A DNA stretch of 63,744 bases, filler included, from Eubacteriales bacterium (GTDB taxonomy: Bacteria; Bacillota; Clostridia; Oscillospirales; CAG-382): NCBI GenBank assembly GCA_045636665.1. It is 4 parts of 4 records of this genome, joined end to end, with 100 filler letters (N's around TTAATTAATTAA, not from the genome) between each part and the next. Parts side by side here need not be neighbours in the genome. Positions count along the whole stretch, not along the records: positions 1 to 30,966 come from JAZTXY010000115.1; 3 more parts are not named here. One strand, 5' to 3'. The position numbers were made by a program, and so were the translations under genes. Positions 18,317 through 28,537 of this stretch are shown here, in pieces. Position 1 is the stretch's first letter, and each line of letters starts with the position of its first letter. The notes below the pieces were generated by a model that was given only the letters and a program-made list of their open reading frames with translations, was not told the DNA's origin and made no database searches.

Positions 18317-20554
18317 GTGGGTGAACTTACAAAACGTTTTTCGGAGGAAGCCAAGCGCATTATAACCGCCGCCTTGCTTGTCGCAAAAGAGCTTGGCCAT
18401 TCCTACGTCGGAAGCGAGCATCTGCTTTTGGGAATACTCAAGGATACCGAAAGCACGCCCTGCCGAATGTTGGTTGAGCGCGGTGTTGAATACGGAGAAA
18501 CGCAAAAACGGATTATCGGCATTGTCGGCATGGGATGTAAAACCGCCCTTTCGGGTGACGATATGACACCTATTTGCCGCAGAATAATTCTGCGTGCTTC
18601 TCTTTCGGCAGGCGCGTGCGGTGCGCAGAGCGTCGGCGTTGAGCATCTTTTTATTTCGATGCTTCGCGAGGAATGCGTTGCCACTCGTCTGCTTCGGGAA
18701 AGCAGGGTGGACGTAAATGAATTGCTCGAAATACTCGAAGAATATTACGACGATGCTTGCACACCCGACGAAGAAGACGTTTCGGTCGCGCAAGCCTTTT
18801 GCGTGAAAAAGCCGAAGCCCACGCCTCTGCTTGATGCACACTCGACAAACCTTACCGAAAAGGCAAGGAAAAACGGCGTTGACCCCGTTATTGGCAGAAA
18901 AAACGAGGAAGAACGGCTTATTTCGATATTGTTAAGACGCTCGAAAAACAATCCCTGCTTGGTTGGAGAGGCAGGGGTCGGCAAAACCGCGATCGTCGAA
19001 TCGGTCGCATTGCGTATCGCGAGCGGCGACGTGCCCGACGGCTTAAGGGACAAGAGGATAATGAGCGTCGAGCTTTCGTCGATAGTAGCAGGAACAAAAT
19101 ACCGCGGCGAGTTTGAGGAAAAAATTAAAAACATCCTCGACGAGGTCAAAAAAGCAGGCGACGTTATTTTGTTCATCGATGAGCTTCACACCATTGTCGG
19201 CGCAGGCGGTGCCGAGGGCGCGATAGACGCATCGAACATCCTTAAGCCTGCACTCGCAAGGGGCGAAATACGCATTATCGGCGCGACGACCTTTAAGGAA
19301 TACCGCGAAACGATCGAGCGCGACCGTGCGCTTGAGCGCAGATTCCAAGCGATTCAGGTCGACGAGCCTACCAACGCAGATTGTGAAAAGATGCTTTTGG
19401 GACTTAAAGAGCGTTACGAGAAATTCCATAACGTGACGATAAGCGATGAAGCCGTAAAAAGCTCGATTGCTCTTTCGTCGCGTTATATAACCGACAGAAT
19501 GCTGCCCGACAAGGCAATCGACCTTATCGACGAAGCGGCGGCAAACAAAAAAATGCAAAGCAAGACCGAGAAAAAGCAAAGGGTCACGGCGAAGGATATT
19601 GAATCGGTTATTGAAAAAAAGACCGGCATACCGATAACAAACCCCGATATGTCCGAGAAAAATCGGCTCATTCATCTTGAATCCTATCTGAAAAAACGCA
19701 TTGTCGGTCAGGATTCGGCGATAAGCTCGCTGTGTAATGCCGTGCGTCGCGCAAGGATGGGCGTGCGAGGCGGAGGCAGACCCAACGCATCGTTTCTTTT
19801 TGTCGGAAGCGCGGGCGTAGGCAAGACGGAGTGTGCGAAAGCACTTGCCGAATCGGTCTTTTGCGGTAAAAATTCCTTTATTCGCTTTGATATGTCGGAA
19901 TTTTCCGAGCCGCACAGTATTTCGAAGCTTATCGGCTCGCCTCCCGGATATATCGGATACGACACGGGCGGCTCCTTGACCGAAAGAGTTAAGCGCAACC
20001 CCTATTCGCTTTTGCTTTTTGACGAGATCGAAAAGGCGGATATAACCGTTCGGGCGTTGCTGCTTCAGCTTCTTGACGACGGAATTCTGACCGATTCGAT
20101 GGGGCAAACGGTTCGGTTCGACAACACGATAGTCATTATGACGGCAAACGTAAAGGGCTCGCTTGGCGGTATCGGCTTTGGCGGTTTTACTGCTTCATCT
20201 GACGCTTTGAAGGACTTTTCGCCCGAATTTGCCGACAGGGTGGATGAGATTATAGCCTTTTCGCCGCTTGGCAAAAACGAGCTTTTGGAGGTCGCAAGAC
20301 GAAAGCTTGACGAGTTTGCGTTGAAGCTTGGCGATATAGGGGTAACGTGCGAGTTTGCCGAGGATTTCGCCGAGCTTGCGCTCGGCTTGGCAAAAACAAA
20401 AAGCGCTCGCTCGGTAGCGCGAACCACGCTTCGTCTTGCCGAGGAAGCCGTTGCGATGCTTATGCTTGGCGAAAACCCGAAAAAATGCCAAAATGTAACA
20501 TTTTGCATAGAAAATAACCGCCCGACGGCGAAAATAAAGCAAAATATGTATTGA
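18317..20554 (+). CDS. Clp/Hsp100 ATP-binding subunit (ClpA/ClpC-like, two AAA+ domains)
   Basis: Clp-N repeats (GSEHLLLG), GEAGVGKT, GTKYRGEFEE, GSAGVGKT, GSPPGYIGY, IGF loop; GTG start after GGAGG. Confidence 0.9.
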   Translation: MGELTKRFSEEAKRIITAALLVAKELGHSYVGSEHLLLGILKDTESTPCRMLVERGVEYGETQKRIIGIVGMGCKTALSGDDMTPICRRIILRASLSAGACGAQSVGVEHLFISMLREECVATRLLRESRVDVNELLEILEEYYDDACTPDEEDVSVAQAFCVKKPKPTPLLDAHSTNLTEKARKNGVDPVIGRKNEEERLISILLRRSKNNPCLVGEAGVGKTAIVESVALRIASGDVPDGLRDKRIMSVELSSIVAGTKYRGEFEEKIKNILDEVKKAGDVILFIDELHTIVGAGGAEGAIDASNILKPALARGEIRIIGATTFKEYRETIERDRALERRFQAIQVDEPTNADCEKMLLGLKERYEKFHNVTISDEAVKSSIALSSRYITDRMLPDKAIDLIDEAAANKKMQSKTEKKQRVTAKDIESVIEKKTGIPITNPDMSEKNRLIHLESYLKKRIVGQDSAISSLCNAVRRARMGVRGGGRPNASFLFVGSAGVGKTECAKALAESVFCGKNSFIRFDMSEFSEPHSISKLIGSPPGYIGYDTGGSLTERVKRNPYSLLLFDEIEKADITVRALLLQLLDDGILTDSMGQTVRFDNTIVIMTANVKGSLGGIGFGGFTASSDALKDFSPEFADRVDEIIAFSPLGKNELLEVARRKLDEFALKLGDIGVTCEFAEDFAELALGLAKTKSARSVARTTLRLAEEAVAMLMLGENPKKCQNVTFCIENNRPTAKIKQNMY

Positions 20555-20579
20555 CAAAGAGGCGTTTCGCGTGTATAAT
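20551..20579 (+). promoter_or_regulatory. SigA promoter of the ylxM-ffh operon
   Basis: Perfect TTGACA-17 nt-TATAAT. Confidence 0.85.
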
Positions 20580-20580
20580 A

Positions 20581-20611
20581 AGGTCTGTAAAGAAAATTGC
20601 TTTACAGACCT
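20581..20611 (+). promoter_or_regulatory. ffh leader hairpin/inverted repeat
   Basis: AGGTCTGTAAAG-AAAATTG-CTTTACAGACCT at the transcription start; resembles the conserved GTAAAG...CTTTAC element upstream of ylxM-ffh in Firmicutes. Confidence 0.7.
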
Positions 20612-20637
20612 TTGATCTTTTTGGGGGTGTTTTTACC

Positions 20638-20955
20638 GTGAATCAAGACCGTGCATACATCTGCCGTCTTATCGATATCTACGGTAAGGTGCTTTCCGAA
20701 AGGCAAAGGGATGTGGTCGATCTTTATTATAACGAGGATCTTTCGCTTGCCGAAATAAGCGAAAATTGCGGTATAACGCGCCAAGGTGTGCGCGATGCGA
20801 TAAAGCATGCGATCGAAACACTTAAATCGCTTGAAGCCTCGCTTGGCTTTTGCGCTAAATCGGAAAGCATTTCGCAACTCGCAACCGAAATAAGCGCAAG
20901 CAACGACGTAAACGAAATTCACCGTCTTGCCGAATCGATTATAGGAGAGTTGTAA
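20638..20955 (+). CDS. ylxM: YlxM SRP-associated HTH protein
   Basis: DIYGKVLSERQ, YY.EDLSLAEI, ITRQGV.D; GTG start. Confidence 0.9.
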   Translation: MNQDRAYICRLIDIYGKVLSERQRDVVDLYYNEDLSLAEISENCGITRQGVRDAIKHAIETLKSLEASLGFCAKSESISQLATEISASNDVNEIHRLAESIIGEL

Positions 20956-22277
20956 TGTTTCAAAGTCTTGTAGATAAGATGCAAAACGCCTTTTCGAAGT
21001 TCCGCAACAAAGGCAAACTTACCGAAGCCGACGTTAAGGCTGGTATGCGCGAAATCAAGCTTGCCTTGCTCGAAGCGGACGTTAACTTCAAGGTCGTTAA
21101 AGAATTCGTTGCTCGCGTTTCGGAACGCGCTGTCGGCAACGACGTGCTGGAAAGTCTTCTTCCCGCACAGCAAATCGTTAAAATAGTTAACGAAGAATTG
21201 GTCGCTTTAATGGGCGGCACGAATCAAAAAATAAACGTTTCACCCAAACCCCCGACAGTCATTCTTATGTGCGGTCTTCAGGGCTCGGGTAAAACAACCC
21301 ATTGCGGTAAATTGGCAAGAATGTTCAAAAAGCAGGGCAAGAACCCCTTGCTCGTCGCTTGTGATATCTACCGTCCCGCCGCAATAACTCAGCTTCAGGT
21401 CGTCGGTGAGCAGGTTGGCGCTACCGTTTTCGAACGCGGCACTAACGATCCTGCCGAAACGACCAAGGAAGCAATCAAGCACGCGATTAAATACGGCTTC
21501 GATACGGTTATCATCGATACCGCGGGCCGTCTTCACGTTGATGAAGAGCTTATGCAGGAGCTCAAGCGTGTTAAAGAGGTTGCTCAACCGACCGAAATTT
21601 TGCTCGTTGTCGATGCGATGACCGGTCAGGATGCGGTCAACGTCGCAAAGAGCTTCAACGATCTTTTGGATATTACCGGCGTCATCCTCACAAAGATGGA
21701 CGGCGATACGCGCGGCGGTGCGGCGCTTTCGGTTAAATATATCACCGGCAAGCCGATAAAGCTTATCGGTACGGGTGAAAAGCTCGATTGTATCGAACCC
21801 TTCCACCCCGACAGAATGGCATCGCGTATACTCGGTATGGGTGACGTGCTTACCCTTATCGAAAAAGCGGAACAGCAAATCGATGAAAAGAAGGCGGCTG
21901 AAATGGAACGCAAGTTCCGTGAGCAAAGCTTTACGCTTACCGATTTTCTCGATCAGCTTGCAAGTCTTAAAAATATGGGATCGATGGATTCCTTGCTCGG
22001 TATGATGCCCGGCGTTAAGCCCTCGGCATTGAACAACGCAAAGATTGATGAAAAGGCGTTGGCGCATACCGAAGCGATAATCCTTTCGATGACCCCCTAC
22101 GAGCGCAATCACCCCGACGTTTTAAATTCCTCGCGCAAGCGCAGAATTGCGGCAGGTAGCGGTCGCTCGGTCGAAGAGGTAAACCGTTTGTTAAAGCAGT
22201 ACGAGCAAACAAAGCAGCTTATGAAGCAATTCATGGGTAAAAAAGGTAAAAAGGGAAGATTTAAATTCCCATTTTAA
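20955..22277 (+). CDS. ffh: Signal recognition particle protein Ffh
   Basis: GLQGSGKTT, DTAGR, DGDTRGG, M domain SR.RRIAAGSG. Confidence 0.98.
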   Translation: MFQSLVDKMQNAFSKFRNKGKLTEADVKAGMREIKLALLEADVNFKVVKEFVARVSERAVGNDVLESLLPAQQIVKIVNEELVALMGGTNQKINVSPKPPTVILMCGLQGSGKTTHCGKLARMFKKQGKNPLLVACDIYRPAAITQLQVVGEQVGATVFERGTNDPAETTKEAIKHAIKYGFDTVIIDTAGRLHVDEELMQELKRVKEVAQPTEILLVVDAMTGQDAVNVAKSFNDLLDITGVILTKMDGDTRGGAALSVKYITGKPIKLIGTGEKLDCIEPFHPDRMASRILGMGDVLTLIEKAEQQIDEKKAAEMERKFREQSFTLTDFLDQLASLKNMGSMDSLLGMMPGVKPSALNNAKIDEKALAHTEAIILSMTPYERNHPDVLNSSRKRRIAAGSGRSVEEVNRLLKQYEQTKQLMKQFMGKKGKKGRFKFPF

Positions 22278-22312
22278 TAAATAAGTATTAAATTTTTTGG
22301 AGGAAACTCAAA

Positions 22313-22558
22313 ATGGCAGTTAAGATGAGACTCAGAAGAATGGGCGCAAAGAAAGCTCCCCACTACAGAATCGTTGTTGCGGATTCCCGTTATCCCCGCG
22401 ATGGCAGATTCATCGAAGAAGTAGGCTACTACAATCCTATGACCAATCCTGCAGAAGTTAAAATCGACGCAGAAAAGGCAAAGAAGTGGATCAGCAACGG
22501 CGCACAACCCACCGACACCGTAAGAGATCTTCTTAAGAAGAGCGGAGTATTAGATTAA
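22313..22558 (+). CDS. rpsP: 30S ribosomal protein S16
   Basis: [21 protein letters not shown]. Confidence 0.98.
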   Translation: MAVKMRLRRMGAKKAPHYRIVVADSRYPRDGRFIEEVGYYNPMTNPAEVKIDAEKAKKWISNGAQPTDTVRDLLKKSGVLD

Positions 22559-22785
22559 TGAAACAGATTCTTCTCGATATCACAAAAGCTATCGTCGAGG
22601 ATCCTGATTCGGTTTTGGTAACCGAAAAGGTTAGCGGTGACACCGTAGTTCTCGAACTTTCGGTGGCGAAGCACGATATGGGCAGAGTCATCGGAAAAGA
22701 AGGCAAGATCGCAAAGAGCATTCGTACAGTAATGCGTGCGGCGGCCGCAAAAGAGAACAAACGCGTTATCGTTGATATTGTCTGA
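22558..22785 (+). CDS. khpA: KH-domain RNA-binding protein KhpA
   Basis: DMGRVIGKEG..AKSIR; between rpsP and rimM. Confidence 0.92.
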   Translation: MKQILLDITKAIVEDPDSVLVTEKVSGDTVVLELSVAKHDMGRVIGKEGKIAKSIRTVMRAAAAKENKRVIVDIV

Positions 22786-23276
22786 TGAAGCGTTTTCTTG
22801 AAGCAGGAAGGCTGAATTCTCCGCGCGGACTCAAGGGCGAGCTTCGGTTTGAATGTTGGTGCGACAGCATCGAATTCTTGTCGGGCGTTAAGCACTTGTA
22901 CCTCGATTCAGAGGGAAAACGTCCGTTGGAGGTAAAGGCCTTCCGCGAAACGGTTTCTACCGTAATTTTTGTCGGATACGAGGATCGGAACTCCGCAGCC
23001 GCCCTCACCGGCAGAACGGTATACTTTGACCGTGAGGATATCACGCTTCCCGAAGGCGTTTTTTATAACGACGACCTTATCGGTGTTGACGTCATTGACG
23101 AAAGCACGGGTAAGGTTATCGGAAAGCTAAAGCGCATCGAAGAGGGAATGGCGTCTGATATCTATTTCGTCGAAGGTGAAAAAAATTATATAATCCCCGC
23201 GGTTTCGGAATTTATTGTAAGTGCCGATCCGCAGTCGGGTATTGTTATCCATTTAATTGATGGATTTGAAGCGTAG
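22785..23276 (+). CDS. rimM: Ribosome maturation factor RimM
   Basis: G.L..PRGLKGE, DLIG..V, IIPAV; synteny. Confidence 0.92.
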   Translation: MKRFLEAGRLNSPRGLKGELRFECWCDSIEFLSGVKHLYLDSEGKRPLEVKAFRETVSTVIFVGYEDRNSAAALTGRTVYFDREDITLPEGVFYNDDLIGVDVIDESTGKVIGKLKRIEEGMASDIYFVEGEKNYIIPAVSEFIVSADPQSGIVIHLIDGFEA

Positions 23277-23285
23277 GAGGCTAAG

Positions 23286-23990
23286 ATGAATTTCGAAGTA
23301 CTTACGCTTTTTCCCCATTCTCTTGAACCGATATTCGGAGCAAGTATTTTAGGCAGAGCATCCGCAAAGGGTGTTATTTCTGTGAATTGTACCGACATCC
23401 GCGATTATACCAAGGACAAGCATCGCAAAGTTGACGATGCACCCTACGGCGGCGGATACGGTATGGTTATGATGTGTCAGCCGGTAGTCGATTGCATCCG
23501 CGCGGTCAAAAGCCGCCTTGAAGGCACGACAAGAGTTATCTATATGTCGCCGCAGGGCTCGCTTTTCAATCAGAAAAAGGCAGAGGAGCTTACAAAATAT
23601 GATAACCTCATTCTGCTTTGCGGACATTACGAGGGCATCGACGAGCGTATTATCGAGCTTGAGGTCGACGAGGAGCTTTCGGTCGGGGACTATGTGCTCA
23701 CAGGCGGTGAATTGCCTGCGGCAATAGTTGTCGATTGCGTTTCGCGCCTTATCGACGGCGTTCTTCCTGCCTCGGAATGCTATTCCGAGGAAAGTTTGCA
23801 AAACGGACTTTTGGAGCACGCGCAGTATACACGTCCTCGCGTTTTCGAGGGCTTGGAGGTACCCGAGGTGCTTATAAACGGCGACCACGCAAAGCAACGC
23901 CGTTGGAAGGAAGAACAAAGCCGCGCACGTACCGAATCGAAACGCCCCGACTTGATTGCCAAGTTAGAGGGCGAAAATAACGGAGAATAA
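23286..23990 (+). CDS. trmD: tRNA (guanine-N1)-methyltransferase TrmD
   Basis: VDDAPYGGG.GM, CGHYEGIDER, GDYVLTGGE, YTRP. Confidence 0.97.
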   Translation: MNFEVLTLFPHSLEPIFGASILGRASAKGVISVNCTDIRDYTKDKHRKVDDAPYGGGYGMVMMCQPVVDCIRAVKSRLEGTTRVIYMSPQGSLFNQKKAEELTKYDNLILLCGHYEGIDERIIELEVDEELSVGDYVLTGGELPAAIVVDCVSRLIDGVLPASECYSEESLQNGLLEHAQYTRPRVFEGLEVPEVLINGDHAKQRRWKEEQSRARTESKRPDLIAKLEGENNGE

Positions 23991-23992
23991 AG

Positions 23993-25771
23993 ATGAGTAA
24001 AGCGAGGAAAAAGACCTATAAACAGGGCACCGCAAAACGGCTCGTACAAGAGAGCTGTATTTTGTCGTGCACCCGTTTTCTTTCCTCGCGCTTTGTTCGC
24101 TTTTTCGAAAGCGGATTCGCGTCGCCGTTAATCAATTCTGCAGAAACGGTCGACGATTTCGCACGGGAAAAGGTAACCGGCCCGTTATATAAAAAGGTAG
24201 GCATGAAAAAGAATTTTTCGATGCCTGCGCGTAATACCATTGCGCTGTTTATCAACAACAATCGCGTTTCAAAGCTCGTTTCTGCTTTCAGAAATGCATT
24301 TTTAAACACGACGTTTTGTACGATCGGCATCTTTTTGCTAACCTTTGGCATCTATGCCGCATCGGTATTTTTGCTTAAAAGCTACGTTTCCTTAAATCTT
24401 GGCACAACCGCAAGCGTTACCGACGTCTGTGTTGCGGCGATCGCGGCGATTGCGGGCTTGTTTTTCATCCTTTTCGGCGATAAGGGTGTGCTTTCCGTTG
24501 TCGGAAAAAGCCGTATCGTGGGCAGATTGCTTTCGCGCAATTTGGGCGTTAACGATTCTTCAATCAACCGCTATGCGTCGAGCGAGCCAAAAACCTATGC
24601 AGGGTTTGGCTTCCTGCTCGGGTCGCTGTTTGGTATAGTTACCTTGTTTTATCACCCTGCAATGGTGTTGCTTTTCATTTTTGCAATTACTGTTGCTGTA
24701 ATTATCGTTCATATCCCCGAATTTGGGCTTTTGCTTGCCGTTTCTTTGTTTTCATTCGTTCCCGTGTGGCTTTCGGCGGCAATTGTTTGTGTGACCGTTT
24801 TATCTTATTTGTTTAAATGTTTGCGGCTAAAGCGCAATTTCCGTTTCGGCTCTGCCGATGCGGTTATGCTCCTTACTCTTGCCGTGATGTATTTCACAAG
24901 CTTTGTTTTTGAAGGAATCACCTCGGGCGAATACTATATTTTGATATTTGCTGCGGTATATTTCCTTGCAAAAAACCTTTTATGCTCGAAAACTCTCGTC
25001 GTACAGGCGTTTAATGCACTTTGCGCAGGCATAACGTTCGGCATAGTGCTTTATATCGTGGGCGATTTTGCATCGCTTATTTCTCATAACCATCTTCGCG
25101 ACGCGGCTTTGACGTTGACCGAAAACGTGCTTAAACCCGACGTTTTGGCAATGCTCGCCGTTTGTATTTTACCGATTGCCTTGTCTTCGTCGTCGGTAAC
25201 CTTCGGAACGGCAGTGCGTAACCGTTTCGTATTTTGTGCGGCAGTCGGTGCTTTTGTTATCGACAGCAAGCTTTTCTATGTTTTGCTCGCCGTATCTATG
25301 CTTGTTTATATCACATTCGTGCACAAGGCACCCGTCGGCGCTTTGCTTTGCTCGGCAATAATAATTCCGCCTATCCTCGTATTTACCTCCGACTATTCAC
25401 TGTCAACGGCTGTGTCTGTCGGCAGAATGGTTTATGACGGCTCGCTCGCCTTGGAAACGACCGATGCGTTTTCGAACTTCTGGTCGGGTATGTACGATAT
25501 AAGCAACGGCGCAACCGTGTCCTTGTTCGTTTTGGCTTTGCTTCTGATATTGCAACGCGCGTTTCGCGCTTCATCGTTAAATGACCTGAAAAGCAATTCA
25601 AGCATCGGCGGCGCAGTAGCCGCTTCGGTGGTTATGACGCTTGTTTGCTCGTTGCTTTTCAACCCCTTTTCAGACCTTCGCTCGCTTGTTATGATTTGGT
25701 TCGCTTTAGGTCTCGGAGGCGCGGTTTACGGTGTTTGTTTGAAAGAATCCAATGAATATACGGGGGTGTAA
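23993..25771 (+). CDS. Polytopic membrane protein, distantly O-antigen ligase/polymerase-like
   Basis: Many hydrophobic segments; family assignment tentative. Confidence 0.45.
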   Translation: MSKARKKTYKQGTAKRLVQESCILSCTRFLSSRFVRFFESGFASPLINSAETVDDFAREKVTGPLYKKVGMKKNFSMPARNTIALFINNNRVSKLVSAFRNAFLNTTFCTIGIFLLTFGIYAASVFLLKSYVSLNLGTTASVTDVCVAAIAAIAGLFFILFGDKGVLSVVGKSRIVGRLLSRNLGVNDSSINRYASSEPKTYAGFGFLLGSLFGIVTLFYHPAMVLLFIFAITVAVIIVHIPEFGLLLAVSLFSFVPVWLSAAIVCVTVLSYLFKCLRLKRNFRFGSADAVMLLTLAVMYFTSFVFEGITSGEYYILIFAAVYFLAKNLLCSKTLVVQAFNALCAGITFGIVLYIVGDFASLISHNHLRDAALTLTENVLKPDVLAMLAVCILPIALSSSSVTFGTAVRNRFVFCAAVGAFVIDSKLFYVLLAVSMLVYITFVHKAPVGALLCSAIIIPPILVFTSDYSLSTAVSVGRMVYDGSLALETTDAFSNFWSGMYDISNGATVSLFVLALLLILQRAFRASSLNDLKSNSSIGGAVAASVVMTLVCSLLFNPFSDLRSLVMIWFALGLGGAVYGVCLKESNEYTGV

Positions 25772-25774
25772 ACA

Positions 25775-26221
25775 ATGGAAAGAAGAAAATTTAAAATAAA
25801 TATTCTCGACGTTGTCATTTTCGTTGTAATACTCTGCTCCGTAGCGGTTTTGGTATTCCGCGATACCGTAAACGAGCTTTTCACCAAGCCCGAGGTGACC
25901 ACGCTTGAGGTTGTTGTTTTTGTTAACGGCGCCGATTATTGCGCAGCTGTCGGCTCATCGCTGAATCAGGACGTTGTTTTTAACCCCGACGTTAAGAGCG
26001 ATTTGCAAATGAACGCAAGAATAACCGATTTCAAAGCGGTCTCGGACCTTCTTGCAGAAGCGCAAAGAGGCGAGGCAAAAATTAAGATTTCGGGCTATAA
26101 ACGGCTCGGCAGATTCTATACCGAAGACGGAACAAGGATACATACCGATTCGGAATGTGCGATTTTGATTGGCGAAAACCGTGTGGTCGCAAAACTGCTT
26201 TCGGTTAATATAAGCGGTTGA
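25775..26221 (+). CDS. Membrane-anchored protein, DUF4330-like
   Basis: N-terminal KINILD...TM pattern. Confidence 0.5.
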   Translation: MERRKFKINILDVVIFVVILCSVAVLVFRDTVNELFTKPEVTTLEVVVFVNGADYCAAVGSSLNQDVVFNPDVKSDLQMNARITDFKAVSDLLAEAQRGEAKIKISGYKRLGRFYTEDGTRIHTDSECAILIGENRVVAKLLSVNISG

Positions 26222-26301
26222 TTTTCGTCACAATAGATATTATCGACAAAAAAGTCAAATGATGAAAATGGTATTTCGTTGAATCATCCATTATTTTCCT
26301 A

Positions 26302-26330
26302 TTGATTTGGAGCATACCGTTTGGTATAAT
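26302..26330 (+). promoter_or_regulatory. SigA promoter of ptsH
   Basis: TTGATT-17 nt-TATAAT with extended -10. Confidence 0.7.
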
Positions 26331-26354
26331 ATCGGTATATGGGGGTATTTTTGT

Positions 26355-26618
26355 ATGACTACTAAAAATATAGAAATCCAAAACGCTGTCGGTCTTCATG
26401 CAAGACCTGCGACATATTTTATTCAAAAGGCCAACTCCTTCCGCAGTTCAATCTGGGTTGAAAACAGCGACCGCAGAGCAAACGCAAAAAGCTTGTTGGG
26501 CGTTCTTTCGCTTGGAATCTCCAAAGGCGACATTATCACAATTCTCGCTGACGGTTCGGATGAAGAAGCGGCTGTCGACGCTCTTGTTGCGCTTATTCTC
26601 GGCGGCTTTAACGAATAA
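26355..26618 (+). CDS. ptsH: Phosphocarrier protein HPr
   Basis: GLHARPA (His15) and NAKSLLG (Ser46). Confidence 0.93.
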   Translation: MTTKNIEIQNAVGLHARPATYFIQKANSFRSSIWVENSDRRANAKSLLGVLSLGISKGDIITILADGSDEEAAVDALVALILGGFNE

Positions 26619-26674
26619 TAAACAAAACCACGCCTTGAGCTATTGCTTCAGGGCATTTTTTGTAGGTATATGTT

Positions 26675-28537
26675 ATGACACGCGAAGAACTTTTTGAAAA
26701 AGCGCGGCTTCTTCCTGCCACCCCCGGGGTTTATATAATGAAAAACAAATCCGGCAGGATAATTTACGTCGGCAAGTCAAAAGCGCTTAAAAACCGTGTT
26801 TCAAGCTATTTTTCACCGTATTCCGACCATCGCGGAAAAACAAAGCGAATGGTTGAATCGGTCAACGATTTCGAGGTATATTACACTTTAACCGAGCTTG
26901 AAGCATTATTGCAGGAAAATCAATTTATAAAGCAATTCCAGCCTCGGTATAACATTAAATTAAAGGACGGCGGCGGTTATCCGTATATCAAGCTTACAAA
27001 TGCGGCATATCCGACCTTTTCGATAGTTTACAAGCGTACCGCAGGTAACGATAAATATTTCGGTCCCTATTCCTCCCATCACGTCGCGCGGGACATTTTG
27101 CAAACCGTTAAAAAGGCATTTTCGCTTCCCGATTGCAACAAGGAATTTCCGAAGGATATCGGCAAGGGCAGACCTTGCCTTAATTATCATATCGGACGTT
27201 GCTGCGCCCCCTGCGTTAAGGGAAATTTAACGTCTGAGGACTATCGTGAGCTTGTAAACCGCGCGTCTGCCTTGCTTAAGGGCGACGGCAAAAAGCTTAT
27301 TGCCCAGCTTGAGGAGGGAATGGAGATTGCCTCGGAGGGCCTTAATTTTGAGCTTGCGGCGAAGCTTCGCGATTGCATTTACGCCGTTAAGAAGCTAAAC
27401 GACCGTCAACAAATCGTTTGCTCACCGAATATCGAAGCAGACGTTATCGGCATCTATGCCGACGATTTGGGAAGCGCGCTTTCGCTTTTGTTTGTCCGCG
27501 GCGGCGCGATAGTCGACCGTGAAAATTTCTTTTTCTCGGCTGACGAAATTATCAACAGCGCGGCGCTTGTTTCGTTTTTCCAAAGATATTACGAATTAAG
27601 AGGTTATATCCCGAAAAAGATATATATCGATTACGAGCTTGAGGAAGCCGATTCGGAGCTTTTGTGCGATTGGCTGTGCGAAAAGGCAGGCTTTAAGGTT
27701 TCGCTCATTTATCCCGAAAGGGGAGATATGCGCGCCATTACGACACGGGCTTCCGAAAATGCAAAGCAGCTTATGCTTCACAAGCGCAAAAGCGAGGACA
27801 AGAAGAAGGATTTTCTTGCTTCTATCGCAAAGCTTCTCGGGTTGGAAATTTTGCCCGACCGAATCGAATCCTATGACGTTTCGCATTCAAGCGGCGAATA
27901 TACAAGCTGCGGTATGATCGTGCTTGAGCACGGCGTTTTCGCAAAACGCAAATACCGCGGGTTCAATATCCGCACCGTCGACGACGGCAACGACCTTGCC
28001 GCGCTTGAGGAATGCATCCGCCGAAGATTTTCGCACGATTCGGACGAAGCGGGTTGGGAATACCCCGATTTAATGCTTATCGACGGCGGCGAAAATCAAG
28101 TGCGCCGCGTTAAAAGCGTAATGAACGAAATGGGGATATATATTCCTGTTTTCGGAATGATAAAGGATGAACACCACAAAACACGAACACTCACCGACGG
28201 TGAAAACGAAATATCACTTATAACGCGTCAGGATGCGTTTGTGTTTATTTATAAAATACAAGAGGAAGTACACCGCTACTCGCTTTCGCTTATGGATGCA
28301 AAGCGCCGTAATGCCGTCAAAAAGAGCTCGCTGACCGAAATCAAGGGTGTCGGCGAGAAAAAGGCAAACGACCTTATGCTTCATTTCGGCACTCTTTCAA
28401 GGCTGAAAGCCGCCACAAAGGACGAGCTGACCGAGGTTAAGGGCGTTACCGAACCGATTGCGGAAGCGATTATCGAATACTTCAGAGAGGAACAAAATGA
28501 GAATAATAACAGGAACAGCGAGAGGAACCAAGCTTAA
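26675..28537 (+). CDS. uvrC: Excinuclease ABC subunit C
   Basis: GIY-YIG PGVY..IYVGKSK.L..RV, UVR domain, IDGG, C-terminal HhH. Confidence 0.96.
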   Translation: MTREELFEKARLLPATPGVYIMKNKSGRIIYVGKSKALKNRVSSYFSPYSDHRGKTKRMVESVNDFEVYYTLTELEALLQENQFIKQFQPRYNIKLKDGGGYPYIKLTNAAYPTFSIVYKRTAGNDKYFGPYSSHHVARDILQTVKKAFSLPDCNKEFPKDIGKGRPCLNYHIGRCCAPCVKGNLTSEDYRELVNRASALLKGDGKKLIAQLEEGMEIASEGLNFELAAKLRDCIYAVKKLNDRQQIVCSPNIEADVIGIYADDLGSALSLLFVRGGAIVDRENFFFSADEIINSAALVSFFQRYYELRGYIPKKIYIDYELEEADSELLCDWLCEKAGFKVSLIYPERGDMRAITTRASENAKQLMLHKRKSEDKKKDFLASIAKLLGLEILPDRIESYDVSHSSGEYTSCGMIVLEHGVFAKRKYRGFNIRTVDDGNDLAALEECIRRRFSHDSDEAGWEYPDLMLIDGGENQVRRVKSVMNEMGIYIPVFGMIKDEHHKTRTLTDGENEISLITRQDAFVFIYKIQEEVHRYSLSLMDAKRRNAVKKSSLTEIKGVGEKKANDLMLHFGTLSRLKAATKDELTEVKGVTEPIAEAIIEYFREEQNENNNRNSERNQA

